64,000 nucleotides of DNA from the NCBI GenBank assembly GCA_016748015.1, contig JAAOMT010000561.1, positions 256,026 to 320,025 on the forward strand, in the 5' to 3' direction. Below, in pieces: positions 1 through 12,025 of this stretch. Position numbers and translations under genes: made by a program. The notes under the pieces are model-generated. The model saw only the letters and a list, made by a program, of their open reading frames with translations, was not told the DNA's origin and did not search any database. The stretch's first letter is position 1; every line of letters begins with the position of its first letter. The stretch is from Geosiphon pyriformis uo1 (taxonomy: Eukaryota; Fungi; Glomeromycota).

Positions 1-1706
1 GGGCAATATTTAAAAAAAAGATATTTTAATTATATCAATTTTTTAAACTTCATTCTAACTTATAACTTATCTTTTATTACTATAAAAATACAACTGCATA
101 ATCGCGATATGAATTTTTAGAATCAATATTAATTATATTATAGGCAAGTTATTTTATATAAATACTCACTTGATCCGATGTTCTGGATGACTTGATGTTT
201 TATTCCTAATTTTTTGGGAAAGAAAATCAAACTCTATCACTTGATTTAGTCAAACTTTTGAATAGCATGCTTAACCCGTAATTTTTTTGAATTTCCTTTA
301 ATATTAAGGAATATTAGCAAAGTATTTTTTTAGACATATTTTTAATAATTAAAAGTTATCTAATTTCTAATGTACAGTAGATAAGAAAAATTTCCAGTTT
401 ATGAATTGAATTTAATTGACGAGACTTTATAATCTTAGCGATTCAAATTTTTTCAACTTTTAACCAAGAATTTATTAATTTCAATATATATCAATACCTC
501 CATAAGTACACCCTCTATAAGTGGACTCTCTCTCTCCATACGCACACTATTGCCTAGTCTATAAATGCATGCATATGACAATTGTATAATAATGACTAAT
601 CAGAAGTTTCTAAAAGTTTTTTAGGTAATGATAACATAATGTTAGATTTAGTTTTGATAGTTTTGATTGTATTTGGCATTGAAAAAAAGGTTATTTATGA
701 AAAAATTTCTATTTTATTATTGGCTATTCTTTAAATGTATGCTCTCTCTAAGTATATTATTGCAGTGATTACCAAATTTATAATAATTTACACATATTGC
801 AAAATTTGCAGTTTTAATTAAAAGTAAAAGATAAAAGAATGGCTAAAAATAATATTTAACAATATATTCACTTCATTTAATATCATGCAAAGTATAAAAA
901 ATATACATATATCTTATAATTTAAATATATAAAAAATTAATTGTTAAAAATATTTGTATTATAAAAAGATTAATTAATTACACACAAAAAAAAATTTTAA
1001 TTATGCCTAAATATCAAAATTAACAAAGTCGACAGTAGAATATAATAATTTAATAACTCAAAATTTTTAAAAACTTTTATAATCATATTCTATTATAAAT
1101 ATCTGTAATAAAAATTTTATATATAACAAGAAATACAGTAGCGAATTTACTTTACTATTTATAAGTTAATATATTATTTTTATAATTCAGGTAATTTAAA
1201 AACTTCTAATATTAAAAAATAAAATGCTAAAAATATTTCCGCTTTATTTTATATAATTTGAATTGATATATCTTGTCAAAAAATTACATATATCAAAAAA
1301 GTAACTTTAATTATGTTATAAACACGAAATACTATAAGAATATTAATAGGGTTAAAAATCGCATGTTATAAAATAATTTTTTTCACAAATTAAGCAGTTG
1401 TATCTGAGATTCACAAAATTTTTTGAAGCTTTATTAACTACTGGATGGAGTAAAGGAATGCCTAGTTACTTTTTGCGGGTTCTTTATTTAATCCATAATG
1501 AGAATTTCTTAAAATAGGACTCATGACATATTGTATAAAAGTTTTCTGTTACATAAATAAATAATAAATGATAAAGGCAATTATTAGATTTTTGAAAATT
1601 TTCCTGCAGGGGGTTTATCATTTTGTGCATTTTTTTTGACTAAATGAATACAAATATTAATAATAAAATTCATTATTTTTAAGATATCTTATTTTAAACT
1701 TCTCAT

Positions 1707-3209
1707 ATGTTATCAATGGCACCTCAACAACTCTTTCGCGCTTTATCTCACGATTTCGGGAAATTATTGAATAGTCAGAATTTTTCTGATGTTAGGATTA
1801 TTGCTGGCGAAACGCCTAATATTAGAACTTTCCATGTCCATTCCCAAATTTTAGCAGCAAGATCCTCGTATTTTGCTATAGCGCTCTCTAATGATTGGGT
1901 TAAAAGAGAAAATAACACCATCGTCTTTTCTAAGCCTAATATATCACCCCACATTTTTGAGGTGATTCTTCGGTGAGTATTTTTTGCTTGATTGATATTT
2001 CTATTTCTAATTATTGAATTTTTTATTTTATTTAGATACATTTATAGTGGTGAAATATCTCTTAATGAACACGGAGTACTTACAATCTTAGAATTGCTTA
2101 TTGCTGCTGATGAACTTATTCTAGAAAACCTTATTAATCACCTTGAAGATTATCTAATTGGACAACAGGCAAAAGAGTTGAAAGAAAATTTCGCCACTTT
2201 TTATGAAACATCCTTTATGCATCATTCGTTCAAAAAGCTACAAAAGTTTTGCACCGAAATATCTATCAAAAATCCATCTGCATTTTTTTACTCTCAAGAT
2301 TTTACCTCCCTCAATAAAAATGCTCTTTGCTCAATTTTATCCCGGGATGACCTAAATATGGAAGAAAGTGAAATATGGGATAAGATTTTAGAATGGGGAA
2401 TCGCTAAATTAAGCAATGAAATTCAATTAGAAAAAGTTCTTAATTGGACAGATGAAAACTTTGAAGCTTTTAAGGAATCTATCGAAGAACTTCTACCTTT
2501 AATCCGGTTCTTTAACATCTCTTCAGTTGACTTTTATCATAAAGTAAAGCCATTTGCGAGAATTTTACCTGGAACCTTATATGAAGATCTTTTACATCAT
2601 TATCTACCAGGGAGTCGTCAAATATCTATTGACGCTAAGCCATTACGTTTTTCACAATTAAAAATTGAATCAGTGCTTCTTCAACCACACAATATAAAGC
2701 AGCTTGATCACTGGATTCAAGGCAGAGACGAAAACACTCCTTTTCAAAACCGACTTGGAAATGATTTTAAATTACTACTTCGAGGCAGTCGAGACGGATT
2801 CTCACCAAATGATTTTCATCGGTTATGTGATAAAAAAGGAGCAACAGTTACTTTAATCAAAGTTAAAGGGACTGGTCAATTGATTGGTGGCTATAGCCCA
2901 GAATCTTGGGACTCTTTAGGTTCATATTTAAATGGAGAGGGAAGTTTTATTTTTTCCCTTGGAGATGGCAAAGCTCAAAATGCTAAACTTAGCAAATCTG
3001 TTGGCAGATTTGGATCTTTTAGTCATAAAAAATTTGGACCCCAATTTGGCCCTAATAGTATTCAAACCAATAGTAATAATTTTCAATTTATTCCATGCAG
3101 TTGTCGAAAGGAAACATATTATGAGCACGTTATAATGCCTGGGTCAGATAATAAAAAAGTAGATTTTTTTTTTGATGAGTATGAAGTTTTTCAAATCATT
3201 AAATTTTAA
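1707..3209 (+). CDS. BTB/POZ-BACK-TLDc domain protein, copy 1 (intact, ~479 aa; exons 1707-1972, 2036-3209)
   Basis: BTB motifs (FSDVRII, FHVHSQILAARSSYF, IL-R|YIYSG), BACK-like region (ILSRDDLNMEESEIW, LIRFF) and TLDc motifs (LLRGSRDGF, LIGGY, SFIFSL, GPQFG, EYEVFQ). Intron 1973-2035 (GTGAGT..TTTAG) joins the two ORFs in frame. The start could also be the ATG at 1716. Confidence 0.92.
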
Positions 3210-3572
3210 TTCACTGAATTAGATTCCCAATTTTGAAATTTGTAACTCCAGAATTTATTAGTCTATCGTACTCAACTTTGTCCAAGAAATTTAAAATCGC
3301 ATATTTTAAACGCAGTACATTCTGTATAGGTTTACCCTATGAACCTTTTTTTAGAGAACATTTTCTTAAATTTTCAAAATGAAAAAATAAGAATTTTTAT
3401 ATTAAATTTTAATAGAAAGTGATCTTTCGAAGTTTATATTTTATATATAGGAGCCGAAATATAAATTAGAGAATCTTATTTATTAACAAACTCAAAAAAG
3501 TCTAAAAATAATTATTAAATTACTCTATATATATATCTTCAAGCTAATTAGGTCTTGATATTTATTATCACT

Positions 3573-3756
3573 AAGTTCTGCAACGAAATAGCTTTTAACA
3601 ATGCAACTATAGTCTTTAACTCTTACGATTTAATAAAATGCCCTTTTCTCACTTTTATCTAGGAATGAATTGAATATATAGACGTAAGTGAAAATACGGG
3701 GGAAAGACTGTAGAATGGGAAGTCACTAAATTAAGTAATGGTATTCTATTAGAGAA
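3573..3756 (+). pseudogene. isolated BACK-region fragment of the BTB-BACK-TLDc family
   Basis: Aligns by eye to ~2245-2435 (AAGTTCTGCAACGAAATAGCT ... TAGAATGGGAAGTCACTAAATTAAGTAATG), with indels. Confidence 0.75.
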
Positions 3757-4079
3757 TATTGCCATGGAGTTCAAAAATAATAATTAAAACTACCAGAAAC
3801 GTAATCATTATTACTCGCAGGTGAATAATAGATTGGATTCTTAATTATTTCGTCAACTACTTTATTGCTGCTTAAAAATTTTTCAAAAAAGTTCTTAAAA
3901 AAATATGAACCAGCATGCTGCACGCCAATTCTTTTTATTATTTTGGAATGCTCTTTTAATACCGTTTATATTCGTCGTAATAATGAGCTCCCGGACGAGT
4001 TCTTTGCCTTTCGTAATGTGGATAAAGGACAAAAGATAAAATATGAATAAGTTATTATTCGAAAAACTTTTTTTAATAA

Positions 4080-6230
4080 CTTTGTATAATAGTAAGTTTA
4101 GAAAGTAACTTTTAAAGGTAGCTTATATTTATATTAATCAATTATTGTTTTTTTAAAGGAAAAATTTTAAATACTTTTTTTAAATGATCTAATTAAAAGA
4201 AACAATTTTTAGCTACATCAAAAACTCATAAAAGATGTTAACTTTTTTAAATATTCAAAACTTTATATTATTTTTAACAATTTTAAGTTTTTTAAATATT
4301 CTCATTTTGAATAATTTTATTATTAATGTTCTTCAAATTTAATTAGTAATTTTTTCTTTTAAAATATTAATAAAATATTTATATGATATCATTAATATGA
4401 GAGTATATTGCTGTTTTAAATATTTCTTTTAAATTTTACTCTGCTTTTATATCATATACTAAATATCATAGATATATTTAACCAGCAACGGCTTTAAAAT
4501 TCTAGTTTTAATAGCTCAATTCTTTATGAAATTTGTGTAAGAAGTTTTTTAATGATGTTAAAAAAATTGAATAAAACCTATATTATATTTCTTACAAAAA
4601 AAATAGGCTTTAAAATAAAAATAATGTTTTAAAAAACACCAAAAAATAACTTTTCTTAATATTAAAAAGAAATTAGTTGTTTTGAATAAAAAAAAAGCTG
4701 TTTCTTTATTTTTTGGTTTTCTTGATTTTTAAACAGATATAAAAGAAATAATAAAGAAAAAATTAGTCTTGCTACCAGTTTATTGTTAAAAACTCTTGAA
4801 TTGTTTATAATAATAGCGATCATACTAAAACTGGTTTTAATTAGTTATTTTAAAGAATACAGTCTAGCTATTTTTACTTTAAAAAGTTTTTGATTATTTA
4901 AACTAGTAAAAACAATATTAAAAATAGAAGTTATAACTATTTTATTTTTTGTTTTAATTGTAAATTAATAAAAAACTATTATTATTAATTTTAAAATATT
5001 AATAAAAAATATATTTATATTAATTGTGTTATTTTTTATTTTTTTATTAACTATGCTAATTATATTAAAATCTTTATAAACATAAATTATGTGTAATCAA
5101 CTGCATAAATCTATGTTAATAAATATTCATCTATTTTTTAAATCAAAAGTACTTAATATTTTTATTTTAACAAAAATATTTAACAAATATTTGCTCATTT
5201 TTAACACATTTTTACATTTATTTTTTAGTAGTATTTTTATAAAATTCAAATACATTATTTTATATGTTATATATATTATATAATTTTTTTTAATTAATAA
5301 TATTTACCCAATATTACAAAACTGTAAATATTTACAAAGTAAGTTTTGTATCTGTTTTGAATTGGTTAAAATTTTTAAGAATACTAGTAATTAAGTTAAC
5401 TATATATTTAATTAAAACTTTTAAAAAATAAAATAATTTTTTATGTTTATAAAAATATTTGCTTTGGAAGTTACAAAAAAGTAATTGAATTACTAAAGAA
5501 CTCATTTTTACCACCATTAACTTGCTTAAATTACAAATCACGCAATTTAAATTACAAAAAATTCAATTTAAATTCATATATTTTATTAATAAGACTATTG
5601 AAAAAACAGCAGCTTTGACATAAAGCTGGTAAACCAAATAATATAAAACGTGAATACAACAAAAGACTTAAAAAATTGCTTTATAAAACCAGGAAAAACA
5701 GCTTTATAATTAAAAACTAGATAATTTAAACTTTTAATACTTATAATAAGACTAACATCCAGAAATTTCTTGTTGCATACAATGTGTACATAAAGTATAG
5801 GTTTTAATAATTGCTTTATTAAATGTTTTTTTGGATTTAAAAGTATTAAAAACAATAATTAATATTAAAAAACCAGAAAATAAAACAAATTACTGATTTC
5901 AAAGACTGTATAACTAAAAAAAAGATTAATCAACGTGGTCTTAAATATTTTAAAAACAATAATTCTTTTTTTAATTAACCAAAAAAATTTTAATATAATT
6001 TTTTATTATTAAAATTGATCAGTATTACCAGTAAAAAAAATATGAGTTCAAAAATAGCCAATAATAAAAAAAATATTGTTTTACAAATAACATTTTTTTT
6101 CTGATGCCAAATACACAATCAATGCAGACCATGGAGTTTTACATATGACTAGCCATAAAGCTACTTAAAACTATCTTATTATTAATAATTAAACAATTAG
6201 AAACTTTTAATTGATAACTACTCTAAGAAT
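4080..6230. other. extremely AT-rich block, probably a decayed transposable element
   Basis: Very low GC and no credible ORFs. I could not assign a family with confidence. Confidence 0.45.
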
Positions 6231-6412
6231 AAAAAATTGCAGTTTAAAGTAAACCATTTTCTTTAAGTATAATAAATATAAACGAGTTTTGGCTATCATA
6301 TCTCAAAAAATTAAGCAGTTGCCTCTGATATTTTGAAGCCTTATTAAATAGTGGATGGAGTAAGAGAATTCCATTTTAAGATATCTTATTTTAAACTTTT
6401 CATATCTTATCA

Positions 6413-7832
6413 ATGGCACCCCGACAGCTCTTTCACGCTTTATCTCACGATTTCGAGAGCTTATTGAATAGTCTGAATTTTTCTGATATTAGGATTATTT
6501 TTGGCGAAGCGTCTAATACTAGAACTGTTTATGTTCATTCGCAAATTTTAGCGGCAAGATCCTCGTATTTTGCTATAGCACTCTCTGGTGATTGGGTTAA
6601 AAGAGAAAATAACACTATCGTCTTTTCTAAACCTAATATATCGCCAGATATTTTTGAGCTGATTCTTCGGTGAGTAATTTTGTTTGCTTAATAATTCTAT
6701 TCATGACTATTTAATTTATTTTATTTTATCTAGATACATTTATAGTGGTGAAATATCTCTTAATGAACACGGACCACTTACAATCTTAGAATTGTTTATT
6801 GCCGCTGACGAGCTTATTCTAGAAAAACTTATTGATCACCTTGAAGATTATTTAATTGAACACCATGTAAAAGAGTTGGAAGAAAATTTTGCCACCTTTC
6901 ATGAGACATCCTTCATCCATCATTCGTTCAAAAAGCTACAAAAGGTCTGCATCGAAATAGCTGTCAACAATTCATCCGCAGTCTTTAACTCTCAAAATTT
7001 TACTTCCCTTAATAGAAATGTCCTTTGCTCAATTTTATCCTGGGATGACCGAAACATGGAAGAAAGTGAAATATGGGAAAAGATTATAGAATGGGGAGTC
7101 GCAAAATTAAGCAATGACATTCATTGGAAAAAGTTCTTAATTGGACAGATGAAAACTTTGAAGCTTTTAAGGAATCTATTGAAGAACTTCTACCTTTAAT
7201 CCGATACTTTAACATCTCTTCAGTTGACTTTTATCATAAAGTAAAGCCATTTGCGAGAATTTTACCTGGAATCTTATATGAAGATCTTTTACAGCATTAT
7301 CTAGTACCGGGTAGTCATCAAGAGTCTATGGATGCTCAGCCATTACGTGTTTCCTTGCTTAAATATTGATTCAAAGCTTTTCCAATCGCATAATAAAAAA
7401 CAGCTTGATCATTGGATTCGAAAATACTCCTTTTAAAGATCAACTTGGAAATGATAACAAAGGATCAAAAATTACTGTAATCAAAGTTAAATGGACTGGT
7501 CAATTGATTGGCGGCTATAACCCAGAATCTTGGCATTCTCGTTGGGATTGGATAGATGGAAAAGAAAGTTTTATTTTTTCCCTTGGAGATGGCAAAGCTC
7601 AAAATGCCAAACTTAGCAATTTAGTTAGCAAAAATGGACCTTTTTGTCATAAAGAGCTCGGACCCCAATTTGGCTATGATAGTATTCGAACCTATAGTCA
7701 TAATTTTCAATCTATTCCATGCAGTTGTATAAAGGAAACAAATTATGAGCACGTTATAATGCCTGGGTCAGAAAATACAGCGGTAGAATTTTTTTTGATG
7801 AGTATGAAGTTTTTCAAATCATCAAAAATTAA
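6413..7832 (+). pseudogene. BTB-BACK-TLDc paralogue, copy 2 (frameshifted)
   Basis: Same intron position (6670-6733). Frameshifts near 7120, 7365 and in the poly-T at ~7790. Relative to copy 1 it has an 11-nt deletion near 7419 and a 66-nt deletion near 7455 that removes LLRGSRDGF. Confidence 0.88.
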
Positions 7833-9618
7833 ATCACTGCATAAGATATTTTCTAAAGGTTAGGCTAAATAGGACTCACAATTTTGAAATTTATACTTAT
7901 AAAATCTTTTATAATCTATCCCTCTTGTCCCCCATCCAAGAAAGCCAAATTCACAAATAAAATCTTATTTTAAACGTGGTACATTCTGAATAGGATTACT
8001 AATGAATCTTTTTTTAGAGAACGCTTTATTACTTTTTGAATAAAAACATAAGAATTACCCACATTAAATTTTTAATATAGAGCAATCTTTTGAAGTTTAG
8101 GCATAAGTCAAACTCAATAAACAATACGTTATCAAAATAAAAAGTCGAGAATAAATAGTAATAGAAATTGATAAATTTGGATAAAAATTTAAATATACGC
8201 AACCAGTATAAGTTTTTCCTAGAAAAAGTAAACTATTTATAAAGTATAAGCTATGATGGAACTTGTAAGATATGTTATATTCATAAAAATCAGTGATCCA
8301 TTTCATATATTTTATAAATATCAAATAGTTATTAATTTTTATTTCAATCTATTTTTCAATTTTTGATAAAAAGACCTTAATTTTAATAAACCCAAACCAT
8401 CAATCTTTTCAAAAGCCAGATATTTATAATTTTTATTATTACTGTGTTTGCATAAAATTCAGGTAATCTAATTTCCAATTATATCCAAAGAAAAACAAAT
8501 GTTTGTAATGAATGGCGATTCCAATAGTATAACAATCCGAAGCATAGCTTAAAAATCATTTTAAATTTTTTTCAGAAATGATCAATAATATGTGGAGTAT
8601 AGTTGTGGAAATGTAAAAAAACGGATGCTAAGATATCTATTAGAATTTGAGCATTTTGTAATGAACGAGAGAGAAGATATTTTGCATGATATTTTAAATA
8701 AGTTAAATAACTACTAATAAAACTTTGGATTGTACATATGATAAGTACAACCGTTTTCAATTACCGAACGAGCCATTTAGTGTAAAACCGTCATTACCCA
8801 ATGTAATTATCATTATTATTTTTATTATTATTATTATACACTTAATATCTAATTTTAATTTACTCTATATATTCTAATTTATAGATTTCAAAGAACTTGT
8901 GTATCTCCTTGACAGCAAGAATTTAATAAAATTGAGAATATAATTAAATATAATTATTTATTGGTTATTATTTAAATGACTCTTAATAAATTTAATAGCA
9001 ATCTTTTCAAAAGATATATATATATTTTAAATTATATTGACTATTCCATATTTATATTCGTTTCTATATATTTTGAAATAAATTATATATATACTTAAAA
9101 GTGATTTTTACATTTTAATTTTAAAATTTAATAATAATTTTCATATTACATTAAAGTAAAGATATTCTCAAGAAAGTTTAATAAATACAAAAAACTAAAT
9201 TATGTTTCAAAAAAAATTATGTTTTTAAAATTGACTTTTATTGTGGTTTAAGAATTACGAAATTTGTTAATTTTGATTTTTGATAAATTGAATTAATTTT
9301 CATTTAAATTTGGTCTATAAATTGATGATTATTAATATACCACATCAATTTGAAATATACTGTAGCAGATTTAATATAAATTTAAGCTTTAAATTTGTGC
9401 GTAAAATTATATTCTGACTTTATTAACTTTATTAATTTTTTCTTTAAGAAAATATAAATTACAAATACATTTTGAAGCGTTTATTTTATTAATGGATCGA
9501 ATAATTCAATTACAAATTCTAATATATATAAATTACAAAAATAACTAGTTGAAAAATAAATGATTTAAGCAGTTAAAAGACAACTTATATAAACTAGGCC
9601 TTGATGATGTATTGCCAT

Positions 9619-9809
9619 AAAATTTCTGCAATGAAATAGCTTTTAACAATGCAGCTATAGTCTTTAACTCTCGAGATTTTACCTCCTTTAATAAAATGCT
9701 TTTTCCTTGCTTTTATCCCGGGATGACTTAAATGTGAACGGAAGTAAAATATGGAGAAAATTGTAGAATGGGGAGTCGCTAAATCAAGCAATGGCATTCA
9801 ATTGGAAAG
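9619..9809 (+). pseudogene. second isolated BACK-region fragment
   Basis: Same segment and same end points as 3573-3756; contains TTTATCCCGGGATGAC and GAATGGGGAGTCGCTAAA, shared with the full genes. Confidence 0.78.
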
Positions 9810-9994
9810 AGAGAGCTTTAAGGCTTTATTGAAGTATCTGAAACTAATATTTTTATTTTCTAGCTTAATAAATTACTTTTGTAAAATTTAAAGTTTAGTA
9901 TTGAATTACTTATGATTTAATAATGATAGTTTGATAGAAATACGAACTTCGAGTGTTAATGGAAACAAATCCCATTTTAAGTTTAAAAATGCCA

Positions 9995-10330
9995 TGGTAG
10001 ATCCCCCACTGCGGCTGCCTTCTGATACCAATAGAATGCCTTAAGACTATTTGCATTAATTCCTCGTCACTGTTTATAGCAACTGACAAGATTAATATGG
10101 ACTACACTATTACAAGTCTTGGCTGCTTTATTGAACCAGACAAAAGCTTGGTGCTTATCTTGACTGGTTCCAACCAAGGCAATATAACAATACCTATATC
10201 GAGCTTGACCTAATGAATAACCAGTTTCAGTGCTTTTTTGTTAGAAATTAAAGGATTGCTATTATCACATATTGTGCCCAATCCGTAGTTATAAAGATAC
10301 CTAAGCAGACGAGCGAATTTTGGCTGATAA
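9995..10330 (-). pseudogene. Sel1-like repeat (SLR) protein remnant
   Basis: Minus-strand translation gives YLYNYGLGT (10300-10273), VGTSQDKHQAFVWFNKAA (~10175-10121) and SCYKQ*RGINANSLKAFYWYQKAAAVGD (~10085-10000). These are Sel1 repeat consensus elements with a stop and frameshifts. Confidence 0.8.
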
Positions 10331-10732
10331 ATTTTCTTGGAGAAGAGTTGAAAAACGCCTTTTAGAATTTGATTTTGTGAGAAAATCTACTCTTTGATAT
10401 TTCAAACTACATAAAAATCTGATTTTTCCCATTTTTCATTCTTTTTTCAAAAATTTCATCTTTTAGTAAAGATTTTAAAGTAATAGTTACAGTATTTAAT
10501 TAGTATTATAAATCCAAATTTAAACTTCTAAAAACCTTTGCTAGCCAATAAAAATTGCTAAAATTTTCAGCTTCAAAAAAAAAAGAACCATAATACCAGT
10601 CATCTTTACGAGCACTGCTTATAGTATACTCCTCCTATAGTACCCTCCATATTCACAAATATTGACACATGAGTTCTGTAATTAAGATTCTAAACAATAA
10701 TGATGAGAACACGGATATGGCAGGGAGATGAC

Positions 10733-11163
10733 AAAAAAAAATTTCTCGTTTAGGAAAATTTTAAAGGTTCGGAGTTTGTGCTTTACGCCCATGTAGTTTT
10801 GTGTGAACCTAACACAGCTAACATGAGATAGATATTGATAGACATTTTCTATCTTCCACTTTATCTTCGCTCATAAAAAAAATTCCTCGCTTAGAAAAAT
10901 TTTAAGAGTTCGGAGTTTGTGCTTTACGCCCATGTAGTTTTGTGTGAACCTGGCACAGCTGACATGAGATATATATTGATAGACATTTTCTATCTTCCAC
11001 TTTATCTTCGCTCATAAAAAAAATTAGTGCTTAGAAAAGTTTTAAGGGTTCGGAGTTTGTGCTTTACGCCCATGTAGTTTTGTGTGAACCTGACACAGCT
11101 AACATGAGATAAATATTGATAGACATTTTCTATCTTCCACTTTATCTTCACTCATAAAAAAAA
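10733..11163. repeat. 3 tandem copies of a ~140-bp unit
   Basis: GGAGTTTGTGCTTTACGCCCATGTAGTTTTGTGTGAACC recurs at 10771, 10912 and 11052 (periods 141 and 140). Confidence 0.95.
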
Positions 11164-11309
11164 TAGGGATTAAAAATATTTTTGATCAAAACAACAAATC
11201 CTTTTTTGGTTAAGATTAGCTGCTGTTCTAAAATCACATTATTTCAAAGGCAGGGCTATGTTTATAACGAATGACCTAATAATTCGAAAAATTTTTTATA
11301 TAAAAACAG

Positions 11310-11700
11310 CCCTTGCTTCCTTTATCGTTCCATTCCTTCCCCTTATTGCCTCTCTTCATTTCTTTATCACTTCGCTTCCCTTCTTTCTTTTCCTTCCTTT
11401 ATCACCTCCCTTTCTTCTCTTCCTTTCTTTATCGCTTCCCTTCTTCTCTTCTTTATCACCTCCCTTTCTTCTCTTCCTTTCTTTATCGCTTCACTTCTTC
11501 TCTTCTTTATCGCTTCCCTTCTTCTCTTCTTTATCGCTTCACTTCTTCTCTTCTTCATCGCTTCCCTTTCTTCTTTTCCTTTCTTTATCGCTTCCCTTCC
11601 TTCATTCTTTCCCTTCCTTTTTTTCGTCCCCCGTTTCTTCCATTCTCTCATTTTTTCTTTTTTTTTGTTCTCCCTTCCTGTCCTTTTCTCCATCTTCGTT
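11310..11700. repeat. polypyrimidine minisatellite (CTTTATCGCTTCCCTTCTTCTCTT-like units)
   Basis: Repeated ~24/33-nt CT-rich units. The three overlapping ORFs here are low-complexity artefacts. Confidence 0.9.
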
Positions 11701-11852
11701 CCTATATAAGGTGAGTTTCGCTGGGTATTGTACTTGTTAAAAAGTTTAAGCGTTAAAAAATAAAAAGATGAAAAAATGAAAAAAAATAAAAAAAAAGATT
11801 TTTTCGGGCGATTTTTTAAGATAATTGTCCTCTATAATTATCTTGGACTTGT

Positions 11853-12025
11853 CGCGTGCACATTTCTTTTTGATTAATCACAAATACAAACTTGATCATG
11901 TGACAATACTCATATGCATCTTTTTTATAGATGACTTATTTACAACAAAAGCCATTCGTCCTCCCTTCCTGTCCTTCCTCTCTCTCTTTGTTATGTAACT
12001 TTTTCAAGGTGAGTTTCGCTGGAAG
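11853..12025 (+). repeat. ~175-bp 'leader' direct repeat, copy 1
   Basis: CGTGCACATTT..GATTAATC(A/G)CAAATACAAACTTGATCATGTGACAATACTCAT..CTCCCTTCCTG..CAAGGTGAGTTTCGCTGGAA; recurs at 13786-13967 and partially at 14146-14231. Confidence 0.92.

Noticed and set aside
2900-3070. Diversity-generating retroelement explaining TLDc variability
   Set aside because: No template repeat, no intact RT, and changes are not adenine-specific.
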